The notes: generated by a model not told the origin, from the letters alone. DNA of 64,000 nt from Mobula hypostoma (GCF_963921235.1 NC_086108.1:18724001-18788000); one strand, 5' to 3'; shown: positions 47,540-60,299, counted from the stretch's first letter. Program-made: numbers and translations.

Positions 47540-47930
47540 TGACCGGGATCAAGATCTGGATCTCGAGTGGGATGGGGATCAGGGTCAGAATCAAGACCAG
47601 GATCTAGGTCAGGACAGTGATCAGGATTGGAATTGAATCAAGATTGAGAGAAGGTTTAAAATTGGGTTTGGAATGTGGAACATGATTAAGGCTGAGGCTG
47701 AGATTGGGATCAGCATTATGACAAGGATTTGGATCAGAATCAGAATTACGATCAGGATCAGAGTTGCATTTGGTGTGGGATCAGATTCAAGATTGGGATC
47801 AGAATTGGGATTGGAGTAGGCATCAGGATCAGGATAAGTATCAAGATAAAGAATGGATTTGAGCTGGAATGAGGATGAAGGACAGACGGAATTTCAATCA
47901 GGATTAGGACTAGGATCCATCTGGATCAGA
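47540..47930. repeat. Degenerate hexamer repeat (GGATCA/GGATTG/GAATCA)
   Basis: Visible 6-bp periodicity; similar sequence recurs at 49640-49690. Confidence 0.75.
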
Positions 47931-48646
47931 GCAGTTTGAAATGCATTCAAGCTTGTGACTGAAGGCCAGGGTCTGAGTCACTGTTATTTATGGAGGGGAT
48001 CGGGCAGTGTGTAGAACAGTTCAACATAAAGACAAAGGAAAGTTACAAACACCAGCCAGAGAACTCTACTGTGCTGTGCCTATTGCCTTCATTTCTTTAC
48101 CTATGTTAAGCACCCTGGTCCAGAGTTGATTCCCTCCCATTCGCACAGCTTTTGTTAGAGCCAGATCCTGGTTGGGCTGGAAGCATCTCAGGTATGGTAG
48201 GGTTAACCCCAGACCATGACCACAGAACACCTGCACAGGCTGAAGATTGAAGACAGTGGTCCAATTGTTCACATCCTTCACTGGATCTGTCAGGCTTGTC
48301 GATCAGTGTTGTATAATGTCAGGCAGGAATATTACTCGCTGCTGCCTGGCAGCCTTTCATCTCCTCCAGCACCCCCTCCTCCCTCCCCCAGCCTAGCCCT
48401 TTCTTGCTCCGAATCACAACCAGGTACAAGGTATGAATCTGACCATGCTGAATGAATTGGAATTACTGGCGTATGGCGTGAAATTTGTTAACTTTACCGC
48501 AGCCATGCAATGCAATACATGATAATGATAGAAAGAAACTGAATTACAGTAAGTATATATGTATGTATGTACCTTAAATAGTTAAGTTAAAATAAGTAAT
48601 GCAAAAACAGAAATAAATTTTAAAAAGTAGTGAGGTAGTGTTCAAT

Positions 48647-48739
48647 CAACATACATCAAAGTTGCTGGTGAACGCAGCAGGCCAAGCAGCATCTGTAGGA
48701 AGAGGTGCAGTCGACGTTTCAGGCCGAGACCCTTCGTCA
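48647..48739 (-). mobile_element. ~93-bp Penelope pLTR insert consisting of hammerhead core plus pLTR end
   Basis: 12-13 bp TSD (G)GTAGTGTTCAAT (48634-48646, 48740-48752). Confidence 0.88.
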
Positions 48740-48742
48740 GGT
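48709..48742 (-). ncRNA. Hammerhead ribozyme motif (core intact, 5' stem I arm lost at truncation)
   Basis: Minus: AC CTGACGA AGG-GTCTCGG-CCT GAAAC GTC GACT. Confidence 0.68.
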
Positions 48743-49227
48743 AGTGTTCAATGTCAATTTAGGAATCAGATGGCAGAGGGGAAGAAGCTGTTCCTGAATG
48801 TCCATTTAGGAAAAGGATGGCAAAGGGGAAGAAGCTGTTACTAAGTGTGTGTGCCTTCAGGTTTCTATACCTCCTTCCTGATGGTAACAGTGAGAAAGGG
48901 GCATGTCCTGTTTGGTGGGGGTCCTTAATGATGGACACCACTTTCCTGAGGCACCGCTCCTTGAAGATGTCTTGGGTACAACAGAAGCTCGTACCCATGA
49001 TCAATTTTACAACTTTCTGCAACTTACTTTGATCCTGCGCAGCAGCCTCTCCATACCAGATGGTGATGCAGCCAGTCAGAATGCTCTCCACAGTACATTT
49101 GTTGAAGTTTTCCAGTGTTTTAGGTGACAAATCAAATCTCCTCAAGCTCCTAATGAAATAGTTCCCAACAAATTGTTCTCTTGACTGAACGAGGGTCTAT
49201 CACCAGCAACAGGGGTTGGGATCAATA

Positions 49228-49638
49228 GTAGTCATAGTCATACTTTATTGATCCCGGGGGAAATTGGTTTTCGTTGCAGTTGCACCATAAATAATAAATA
49301 GTAATAGAACCATAAATAGTTAAATAGTAATATGTAAATTATGCCAGTAAATAATGAAATAAGTCCAGGACCAGCCTATCGGCTCCGGGTGTCTGACCTT
49401 CCAAGGGAGGAGTTGTAAAGTTTGATGGCCACAGGCAGGAATGACTTCCTATGATGCTCTGTGCTGCATCTCGGAGAAATGAGGCTCTGGCTGAATGTAC
49501 TCCTGTGCCCACCCAGTACATTATGTAGTGGATGGGAGACATTGACCAAGATGGCATGCAACTTAGACAGCATCCTCTTTTCAGACACCACCGTGAGAGA
49601 GTCCAGTTCCATCCCTACAACATCACTGGCCTTACGAA
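49228..49638 (-). mobile_element. Rex1/Babar-type LINE 3' end (different subfamily)
   Basis: IRKASDVVG...SHPLH...RCSTEHHRKSFLPVAIKLYN; AATAAA and (TATGAC)n tail. Confidence 0.75.
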
Positions 49639-49974
49639 TATCAGAATCAGGACAATAATCAGGAATGAAATTGGAATTAAGATTGATCATGGGTCAACAT
49701 AGTATCAAAGTGTCACCCACTGAGATTTTCCCATCAACAAGATTACTAGCAGCTGAGTGGCCAGGAACAAGACAGGCAAACATTCCCTAAAGGAGGGAAA
49801 AGGTTTAATTCATGGCTTTTTAGGAGCTAAGGTAGATTGACTGTGAAGTTCAAGTTGGCATTGAAGGTGGACAAAGGACATGAAATGTGAACCCTCCAGC
49901 TCGCAGCTCAAACCTTTTTCCTACCTTCAAGGAAAAAAGACGAAGTAGTCACAAACCAGGTGGCTTCCTCCAGC

Positions 49975-52057
49975 ATGGATAGACAGCAGGGAGAGACAGC
50001 ACTGGAGAGACAGCAGGGATAGACAGTGGGGAGAGACAGCAGGGATAGACAACACAGGAGAGACAGCAGGGAGAGACAGCACTGGAGAGACAGCAGGGAT
50101 AGACAGTGGGGAGAGACAGCACAGGAGAGCTAGCAGGGAGAGACAGCAGGGATAGACAGTGGGGAGAGACAGCAGGGAGAGACAATAGGGATAGACAGCA
50201 CAGGAGAGACAGCAGGGATAGACAATAGGGATAGACAGCACAGGAGAGATAGCAGGGAGAGACAGCACTGGACAGACAGCAGGGATAGACAGTGGGGAGA
50301 GACAGCAGGGATAGACAACACAGGAGAGACAGCAGGGAGAGACAATAGGGATAGACAGCACAGGAGAGATAGCAGGGAGAGACAGCAGGGATAGACAGTG
50401 GGGAGAGACAGCAGGGAGAGACAATAGGGATAGACAGCACAGGAGAGACAGCAGGGATAGACAGCATAGGAGAGACAGCAGGGAGAGACAGCACAGGAGA
50501 GACAGCAGGGATAGACAGCAAGGAGAAACAGCAGGGATAGACAGCACAGGAGAGACAGCAGGGATAGACAGCAGGGAGAGACAGCAGAGATAGACAGCAC
50601 TGGAGAGACAGCAGGGAGAGACAGCACAGGAGAAACAGCGCAGGAGAGACAGCAAAGAGAGACAGCAAGGAGAAACAGCAGGGATAGACAGCACAGGAGA
50701 GACAGCAGGGATAGACAGCACTGGAGAGACAGCAGGGAGAGACAGCACAGGAGAGACAGCGCAGGAGAGACAGCACTGGAGGGACAGCAGGAAGAGACAG
50801 CACAGGAGAGACAGCGCAGGAGAGACAGCAAAGAGAGACAGCACTGGAGAGACAGCAGGGATAGACAGCAGGGATAGACAACACTGGAGAGACAGCAGGA
50901 AGAGACAGCAGGGATAGACAGCGCAGGAGAGACAGCAGGGATAGACGGCACAGGAGAGACAGCAGGGATAGACAGCACAGGAGAGACAGCAGGGATAGAC
51001 AGCACTGGAGAGACAGCAGGGATAGACAGCAGGGAGAGACAGCAGGGATAGACAGCACTGGAGAGACAGCAGGGAGAGACAGCAGGGAGAGACAGCACAG
51101 GAGAGACAGCGCAGGAGAGACAGCGCAGGAGAGACAGCGCAGGAGAGACAGCACTGGAGAGACAGCAGGAAGAGACAGCAGGGATAGACAGCACAGGAGA
51201 GACAGCAGGGATAGACAGCACTGGAGAGACAGCAGGGAGAGACAGCACAGGAGAGACAGCGCAGGAGAGACAGCAAGGAGAGACAGCAGGAGAGACAGCA
51301 CTGGAGAGACAGCAGGAAGAGACAGCACAGGAGAGACAGCAAAGAGAGACAGCAAGGATAGACAGCACTGGAGAGACAGCAGGAAGAGACAGCAGGGATA
51401 GACGGCACAGGAGAGACAGCAGGGATAGACAGCACAGGAGAGACAGCAGGGATAGACAGCAGGGATAGACAGCACTGGAGAGACAGCAGGAAGAGACAGC
51501 AGGGATAGACAGCAGGGATAGACAGCACAGGAGAGACAGCAGGAAGAGACAATAGGGATAGACAGTGCAGGAGAGACAGCACAGGAGAGACAGCAGGGAT
51601 AGACAGCAGGAAGAGACAGCAGGGATAGACAGCACAGGAGAGACAGCAGGGATAGACAGCACTGGAGAGACAGCAGGGATAGACAGCACAGGAGAGACAT
51701 CAGGGATAGACAGCAGGGAGAGACAGCACTGGAGAGAAAGCAGGAATTGACATCACTGGAGAGACAGCAGGAATAGATATCACTGGAGAGACAGCAGGGA
51801 TAGACAGCACTGGAGAGACAGCAGGCATAGACAGCGCAGGAGAGACAGCAGGGAGAGACAGCAGGGATAGACAACACAGGAGAGACAGCAGGGATAGACA
51901 GCACTGGAGAGACAGCAGGGATAGACAACATTGGAGAGGCAGCAGGGATAGAAAACAGTGAGAGACAATAGGGATAGACAGCAGGAAGAGACAGCGGGGG
52001 AGACAGCAGGGGGAGACAGCACTGGATAGGCAGTAAGGAGAGACAATACTGGAGAGA
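49975..52057. repeat. ~2.1-kb complex satellite of 13-bp (GCAGGGATAGACA/GCAGGGAGAGACA) and 14-bp (GCACAGGAGAGACA/GCACTGGAGAGACA) monomers
   Basis: Directly visible; strong purine skew on + strand. Confidence 0.97.
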
Positions 52058-52059
52058 TT

Positions 52060-52630
52060 GTTGACTTTATTTCACATGCTATGCGCTTTGCTGGAAGTTC
52101 ATAGCCTCTCACCTTTTGTCCAAGCACTCTGAAACCTTGGAGGCAATTCGCTGTGGCAGGACCAAGACGAGGCGAGGTGAGGCAGTGGGCTCATTACCCA
52201 GAGCAAGGAAGACCTGAGGATTGATCGATTTAAGTGCCAGGCCAAGTTGGAATGGTCGGGTACAGGCCGAATAGAGGCGACGGGGTACAAGCCACTGATG
52301 TACTGAAGGGACTGAACCCAATGTTGAAATTGTCAGGGTGCCGGTGTCTGAGGCAAGCGATGGGCCAGTTCAGCTCGCCACTCAGCTCTGTGCTGAATTA
52401 AGGATCTGGGAACACACACTTTGTGGACTTCAGAACGCTATTTGCTTGTGTTTATTGTTTCCATGGTTTGTTTATTTTTCTCTGCACATTGGGTGTTTGA
52501 CAGTCTTTTTTTAATGGGTTCATTTGGGTTTCTTGGCTTTGTGGCTGTCTGTAGGAGACAAATCTCAAAGATGTATTGTGAATGTATACTTTGATAATAA
52601 AGGTATTTTGAATTTTTGAACTTTGAACTT
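52060..52630 (+). mobile_element. Non-autonomous repeat with Rex1-like 3' UTR and (TTTGAAC)n tail
   Basis: Second copy of the 12170 family; ends ATAATAAA...TTTGAACTTTGAACTTT. Confidence 0.6.
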
Positions 52631-54165
52631 TACAGTGAAAAGCTTTTGTTTGTGTGCCATCAGCACAGATCATTCCATATATACAGAAGTACATGAAGGT
52701 AGTACAGAGTGAAAAACAAGAACATAACGTTACAGAGAGACTGCAGAGCAGGTCAACATTTCAGCAAGGGCCAAGATGACGTAGATTTGGAGTTCAAGAG
52801 TTCAACTTTGTTGTATCAAAGGTCCATTCAAGAGTCTTTATACAGCAGGATAGAAGCTGTCCTTGAGCCTTGTGGAACATATGGTCAAGCTTTTGTATCT
52901 TTTGCCCAAGGGAATGGGGAGAGGCTGACTGGGGTGGGAGGCTGCTTTCCCAAGATAGCAGGAATTGTAGATATTTACTGGAGTGGAGCTTGGCTTTCTT
53001 GATGGATTAGACTTCATTCCAACTCTCTGCAACTTCTTAGTGGTCTTTGACAGAGCAGTTGCCATACAAACCTGTGATACATCCATCTCAAATGCTTTCT
53101 ATGAGACATTGGTAAAAATTGGCAAGTGTCATTGGAGACATGCCAAATTTCCTTAGCCTTAAGGGGAATTAGAGATGCTGGTGCATTTTCTTGACCACAA
53201 CACCTATGTGGCTGGACCAGGACAAGTTGATAGTGATATTTACATCTAGGAACTTGAAGCTCTCAGCCATCTCCATGTCAGTACCATTGATCTGGATCAT
53301 GGATCTGGGTTTGAGAGCTTTAAGTTCCTCAGCACCCATATCACCGAGGACCTCCTGTGGTCTGTGTACACCAGCTGTGTGGTGAAAAAGGCACAACTGT
53401 GCCTATTTCACCTCAGACGTTTGAGAAAGGTTTGGTGTGGGCCCCCAAATCCTAATAACTTCTTAGAAGGGCACAACTGAGAGCATCCTGACTGGCTGCA
53501 TCACTGCCTGGTATGGGAACTGTATCTCCCTTAATCGCAGGACTCTGCAGAGAGTGGTGCGGACAGCCCAGCGCATCTGTAGTTGTGAACCTCCCATGAT
53601 TCAGGATATTTACAAAGACAGGTGTGAGAAAAGGGCCCAAAGGATCATTGGGGACCTGAGTCACCCGAACCACAAGCTATTCCAGCTGCCACCATCCGGG
53701 AAACAGTACCGCAGCATAAAAGCCAGGACCAACAGGCTCCCGGACAGCTTCTTCCACCAAGCCAGCAGACTGATTAACTCACGCTGATTTGAGTGTACTT
53801 CTGTTACATTGACTGCTATATTTATTTAAATTATTATAAATGACTATGATTGCACGTTGTACATTTAGACGGAGACATAACGTAAAGATTTTTACTCCTC
53901 ATGTATGTGGAGGATGTAAGAAATAAGTCAATTCAATTCAATACAATACAGACTGGGGCATGTACTCTGCCCTGATTCCTGAAGTCTATTACCAGCTCTT
54001 TTGTTTTGCTGACATTGAGGGAGAAGATGGAGTCTTGACACCATGTCACTAAGCTCTTTACCATCTTTCTATAATTTGTTGCACCATATTTTGAGATATG
54101 GCCCCTACGGTGATGTCATCTCACATTTGTAGATAGTGTTAGAGAAGAATCCAGCCACGCATTTG
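52630..54165 (-). mobile_element. Old Rex1/Babar LINE remnant, interrupted by a younger opposite-strand Rex1
   Basis: MAESFKFLDVNIT, KKLQRV, RYKSL...RLKDSFYP; RT end at 53950-54165. Confidence 0.65.
53305..53945 (+). mobile_element. Rex1/Babar LINE 3' fragment
   Basis: ESILTGCITAWYG, LQRVVRTAQRI, HPNHKLFQLPPSGKQYRS; (CAATT)n tail. Confidence 0.88.
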
Positions 54166-55033
54166 GAGTGACAAGACATTGGGTTTTAGCCCATCTTCCA
54201 AATCCATGTTACACAATATTTAATGACCTTTATGTACTTTCTTGGATCTGAGGACTGTTGGCAAGACCAATATTTATTGTTCCTCTCTCTTTGTCCTCAA
54301 GAAGGTGCTGGTGCTGCTGTATCCTATAGTCCTTCTAGTAAAGGGGCCTCTATGGTGAAGTTCAAGAGGGAGATCCAGGACTTAGACCCAGTGACAACGA
54401 AGGATTAATGACAGATTGAAGAGGAACCTGTAGATAGTGGTTTACCCATTTATCTGCTGCCATCGGGACCAATGCAGAGTCTTGAAACAAAATGTTGGCA
54501 ATTCCAATCCCACTATAGATATTGCTTGACTCTCCAGAAATTTGCTTTTTGCTGCAGAAAATGGATTATTTCTTGTCTTTTATCTCAAAGAGACTGGAAA
54601 TGCCAATGGTTCCCCAAAATTCTACTGACACCTACTCTGGATATTGTATTCAGTCTGTCCATGGGGCCTTGGGAATGATGGACTAGATTTGGAGAGAATG
54701 CTATCCATAAAGACCCCAGTCCCAGAGGTTTTAGATTATGAACGTAGGTGGCAATGACTAAGCTTGTATCTCACAGGGTACAGAAGGTCGAGGTCATCCA
54801 AACCAAGTGCTGCAGATGATTGAAGGGATTAATAGTGCAAATACTTCTGATTTCTTCTTGTGATGTCTAGGACCTAGCTTTTTCATGTCCAAAGGGCACA
54901 GGAATTACCAAATCTCTCCCCTGAAAGCTGTTGAGTCTTGGGGAAAAGATTTGGAAACTGAATTGATCTTTTTTTGGGGGAAATTTCAAATACAAAGCAG
55001 ATACCTGGAGTTAAAATATGGGAAGAAATATGG

Positions 55034-55680
55034 GAAGATGGTGGCATGACGTAGCTCGCAGCGGCCACTCGGTGGTGATATCTGTTATTTGTCAAGTAGG
55101 GTGCCGTGCACAATCCTGATTTGATGGAGACGGATGTGAGAGCACGGAGGAACATCTGGTGAAACTTCTGAAATGCCTGCTTCGCTGCTACTGCTACTGT
55201 GTGGTCCAGAATCTCTGGAGAAGAAGGCCCCGAGTCCTCGGCTTTGCTTGTTGCTCGACAGCCGGGTGGGGTTGAAGCATTCAGTCGAAGATGGTGCTTG
55301 GAGAGGCTGTATCGGAGGCTCAAAGTTTTCGGACGGACTCAGAGTCAGCTGCGGTCGAGTGCTTCCAATGGTGCTGCATCAGCAAGTTGGTGGCGCTTGC
55401 AGGTTCATGGCGGGGACAGTTCCTCCCTTATGCCGCCTGAGTGGGATGATAAGTCTATCGGGACTTTGAGACTTTTTTTTTTACCATGCCTATGGTCTGC
55501 TCTTTATCAAATTATGGTATTGCTTTGCACTGTTGTAACTATATGTTACAATTATGTGGTTTTGTCAGTTTTGGTCTTGGTTTGTCCTGTGTTTTCTTGT
55601 GATATCATTCTGGAGGAACGTTGTATCATTTTTTTAATGCATGCATTTCTGAATGACAATAAACAAAAACTGAACTGAAA
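55034..55680 (+). mobile_element. Non-autonomous retroposon with GC-rich head (AAGATGGTGGC) and (ACTGA)n tail
   Basis: YY1-like start, AATAAA and short repeat tail; 3' stub copy at 29474-29562. Confidence 0.55.
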
Positions 55681-55954
55681 AATACAGATCAACAAAGATC
55701 TAATTGCAGCTTATATAAGATTCCAATGGACTGAGTTTCCGGATTCAAACATATTGTGAATTTAATGAACTGACTGGCCTTGTCCACTCTTATGCCCTTG
55801 CTGCTTTCTGAGGCATGTGGAGCTTTCACTTGAATAGTCCTGATACAGGGATTCAGGGACAGAAAAGGATGGTGTTGCTCACTGCTATCCCTCCCATAAC
55901 TGTACTGCAACACCAATGTCCTTGAGTGGAAATTAGTGGATACGGCCCAGTCCA

Positions 55955-58900
55955 CCATAGAACATAGAATAGTACAGCACAGTACAGGCCCTTCGGCCCA
56001 CAATGTTGTGCCGACCCTTAAAGCCTGCCTCCCATATAACCCCCCACCTTAAATTCCTCCATATACCTGTCTAGTAGTCTCTTAAACTTCACTAGTGTAT
56101 CTGCCTCCACCACTGACTCAGGCAGTGCATTCCACGCACCAACCACTCTCTGAGTAAAAAACCTTCCTCTAATATCCCCCTTATCTTAAAGCCATGTCCT
56201 CTTGTATTGAGCAGTGGTGCCCTGGGGAAGAGGTGCAGGCTGTCCACTCTATCTATTCCTCTTATTATCTTGTACACCTCTATCATGTCTCCTCTCATCC
56301 TCCTTCTCTCCAAAGAGTAAAGCCCTAGCTCCCTTAATCTCTGATCATAATGCATACTTTCTAAACGAGGCAGCATCCTGGTAAATCTCCTCTGTACCCT
56401 TTCCAAAACTTCCCACATCCTTCCTATAGTGAGGCAACCAGAACTGGACACAGTATTCCAATTCTGGCCTAACCAGAGTTTTATAGAGCTGCATCATTAC
56501 ATCGCGACCCTTAAATTCTATCCCTTGACTTATGAAAGCTAACACCCCATAGGCGTTCTTAACTACCCTATCCACCTGTGAGGCAGCTTTCAGGGATCTG
56601 TGGACATGTACCCCCAGATCCCTCTGCTCCTCCACACTACCAAGTATCCTACCATTTACTTTGTACTCTGCCTTGGAGTTCGTCCTTCCAAAGAGTACCA
56701 CTTCACACTTCTCCAGGTTGAACTCCATCTGCCACTTCTCTGCAATCTTCGACAATCCACTACACTATCTACAACACCACCAACCTTTCTGTCGTCTGCA
56801 AACTTCCCAACCCACCCTTCCACCCCCACATCCAGGTCGTTAATAAAAATCACGAAAAGTAGAGGTCCCAGAACTGATCCTTGTGGGACACCACTAGTCA
56901 CAACCCTCCAATCTGAATGTACTTCCTCCACCACGACCCTCTGCTTTCTGCAGGCAAGCCAATTCTGAATCCACCTGGCCAAACATCCCTGGATCCCATG
57001 CCTTCTGACTTTCTGAATAAGCCTACCGTGTGGAACCTTATCAAGTGCCTTACTAAAAGCCATGTAGATCCACTGCACTACTCTCACCTATATGCCTGGT
57101 CACCACCTCAAAGAACTCTATCAGGCTTGTTAGACACGATCTGCCCTTCACAAAGCCATGCTGACTGTCCCTGATCAGACCATGATTCTCTAAATGCCCA
57201 TAGATCCTATCTCTAAGAATCTTTTCTAACAGCTTTCCCACCACAGATGTAAGGCTCACTCGTCTATAATTACCCAGACTATCCCTACTACCTTTTTTTA
57301 ACAAGGGGACAACTTTCGCCTCCCTCCAATCCTCCGGTACCATTCCCGTGGACAATGAGGACATAAAGATCCTAGCCAGAGGCTCAGCAATCTCTTCCCT
57401 CACCTCGTGGAGCAGCCTGACTCACTTGTCACCTATGGTTCCTTCACCCTACCATTCTTTATCTTCCTCAGCGGGACAAATTTATCCCTAACATCCTGCA
57501 AGAGATCCCTAAACATCGACCACATTTCCTTAGTATATTTTCCTGCAAAAACATCATCCCAATTAACACCCACAAGTTCTAGCCTTATAGCCTCATAATT
57601 TGCCTTCCCCAATTAAAAATTTTCCTGTCCTCTCTGATTCTATCCTTTTCCATGATAATGCTAAAGGCCAGGGAGCGGTGGTCACTGTCCCCCAGATGCT
57701 CACCCACTGAGAGATCTGTGACCTGACCCGGTCCATTACCTAGTACTAGATCTAGTATGGCATTCCCCCAGCTGGCCTGTCAACATATTGTGACAGGAAT
57801 CCGTCCTGGACACACTTAATAAACTCTGCCCCGTCTAAACTATTGGAACTAATCAGGTGCCAACCAATATTAGGGAAGTTAAAGTCACCCATGATAAAAA
57901 CCCTGTTATTTTTGCATCTTTCCAAAATCTGCCTCCGAATCTGCTCCTCGGTATCTCTGCTGCTACTAGGGGGCCTATAGAGTACTCCCAATACAGTAAC
58001 TGTTCCCTTCCTGTTCCTGACTTCCACCCATACTGACTCAAAAGAGGATCCTGCTGCATTACCCACCCTTCTGTAGCTGTAATAGTATCTCTGACCAGTA
58101 ATGCCATCCCTCCTCCCCTTCCCCCACCACCCCCATCCCGCTTGAAGCACTGAAATCCAGGAATATTGAGAATCCATTCCTCTCCTGGTGCCAGCCAAGT
58201 CTCTGTAATGGTCGCTACATCATAATTCCATGTATGTTGTGGCCATTATGGCAGGGTCTAAATGAGATCACTGGGCGGAAAGAAAAGACTGGGCATATCA
58301 GTGACTGTGGCGCTTCTCTTCCTGAGGAACTTAACGTATTCTACGCAAGATTCGAACAGAAGAGGAGCGTCCTGCTCCCTCCGGATGAACTAGACCTGGT
58401 GGCATCAAGATTCATCATCATCAAGGAGGATGTTAGAAGGGCCTTCCTGAAGATAAATCCAAGGAAGGCGACGGGCCCAGATGGCATCCCAGGACGGGTT
58501 CTCCGGGCCTGTGCAAGCGAGCTAGCTGGAGTGTTTGCTGATATCTTCAACTGCTCCTTGCTTCAGTCTAAGATCCCCTCGTGTTTTAAGAAGGCAACGA
58601 TAATCCCAGTGCTGAAGAAGAGCAAGGTGGCATGCCTGAATGACTATCGACCTGTGGCTCTGACATCAATTGCTATGAAGTGCTTCGAACAATTGGTTAT
58701 GGCACACATCAACCACAGCCTACCGGTCAACCTCGATGCTTTGCAATTCGCCTACCAAAGCAACAGGTGAACGGCAGATGCCATCTCTCTGGCCCTACAT
58801 TCCCCCTTAGAACTCCTGGAGAATAAAGACTTATACGTAAGGCTCCTTTTCATTGACTACAGCTCTGCCTTTAATACCATCATTCCAAATAAACTGATTC

Positions 58901-60290
58901 CTAAGCTCCGGAACCTGGGCCTTAGCACTCAGATCTGCAGCTGGATCTTCAACTTCCTCACAGACAGGACCCAGGCTGTAAAAATAGGGGACAAGCTCTC
59001 CTCTACAATCACTCTGAGCACCAGTGCCCCACAAGATTGTGTACTCAGCCCCCTGCTGTACTCACTGTACACCCATTATTGTGCAGCCAAGTTTCCATCG
59101 AACTCAATATATAAGTTTGCTGATGACACAACAATTGTAGGCAGTATCTCGGGTAATGATGAGTTTGAGTACAGAGAGGAAATTAAGAACCTGGTGGCAT
59201 GGTATGAAGACAATAACCTATCCCTCAACGTCAGCAAGATGAAGGAATTGCTTGTTGACTACTGAAGGAGTAGCGGACCACATAACCCAATTTACATCGG
59301 TGGTGCAGAAGTGGAGCAGGTCAAAAGCTTTAAGTTCCTTGGGGTCAATATCACAAATGACCTGACTTGGTCCAACCAAGCAGAGTCCACTGCCAAGAAG
59401 GCCCACCAGAGCCTTTACTTCCTGAGAAAACTAAAGAAATTTGGCCTGTCCCCTAAAACCCTCACTAATTTTTATAGATGCACTGTAGAAAGCATTCTTC
59501 TAGGGTGCATCACAGCCTGGTATGGAAGTTGTCCTGTCCAAGACCAGAAGAAGCTGCAGAAAATCGTGAACATGGTGCAGCACATCACACAAACGAATCT
59601 TCTGTCCTTGGACTCACTTTACACCGCATGCTGTCAGAGCAGTTCTGCCAGGATAATCAAGGACACGACCCACCCAGCCAACACACTTTTCATCCCTATT
59701 CCCTCCGGGAGAAGGCTCAGGAGCTTGAAGACTCGTACGGCCAGATCTGGGAACAGCTTCTTTCCAACTGTGATAAGACTGCTGAACGGATCCTGACCTG
59801 GATCTGGGCCATACCCTCCAAATATCCGGACCTGCCTCTCGGTTTTTTTGCACTACCTTACTTTCCATTTTTCTATTTTCTATTTATGATTTATAATTTA
59901 AATTTTTAATATTTACTATCAATTTGTAATCCAGGGAGCGGGAAGCGCAGAATCAAATATCACTGTGATGATCGTATGTTCAAGTATGAATTGTTTGGCG
60001 ACAATAAAGTATAAAGTATGTATCCAAGCTCTCAGTTCATCACCTTTGTTCCTGATGCTTCTTGCATTGAAGTACATGCACTTTAGCCCTTCTACCTTAC
60101 TACCTTTACACCCTTTATTCTGCTTCTCTTTCCTCAAAGCCTCTTTATATGTTAGATCTGGCTTTACTCCATGCACTATACTTGCAGTTCTCTCATGACC
60201 TTTATCCTCCTCCACCTCACTATCTGCTCTAATACTCTGGTTCCCCTCCCACTGCAAATCTTGTTTAAACCCCCCCCCAGAGTAGCACTA
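55955..60290 (-). mobile_element. CR1 LINE ORF2 (endonuclease + RT + 3' UTR) with internal deletion, split by Rex1
   Basis: LKCMYFNARSIRNK (60017-60100), [41 protein letters not shown]; (TTCTATG)n tail at 55955-55975. Confidence 0.93.
58238..60015 (+). mobile_element. Rex1/Babar LINE, 5'-truncated, relatively well preserved RT
   Basis: [49 protein letters not shown]; (AAAGTAT)n tail; GTATGT TSD (58232-58237, 60016-60021). Confidence 0.93.
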
Positions 60291-60299
60291 GCAAACCTT

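Larger units (their letters stand above)
48455..49160 (-). mobile_element. Rex1/Babar LINE 3' fragment
   Basis: LSPKTLENFNKCTVESILTGCITIWYG...LLPSGRRYR. Confidence 0.85.

Noticed and set aside
49927..51931. Three minus-strand ORFs of 519-660 aa rich in L/S/C/P/A/V
   Set aside because: All three frames are open because the satellite lacks stop codons on that strand; no domain, only repeat translation.
54590..54690. Possible plus-strand exon after TTTCTTGTCTTTTATCTCAAAG
   Set aside because: All frames hit stops within ~35 codons and give unrecognised peptides; no supporting donor or partner exon.
55173..55678. 98-159 aa ORFs in a GC-rich stretch
   Set aside because: No recognisable domain; lie within a repeat whose 3' end recurs elsewhere in the window.
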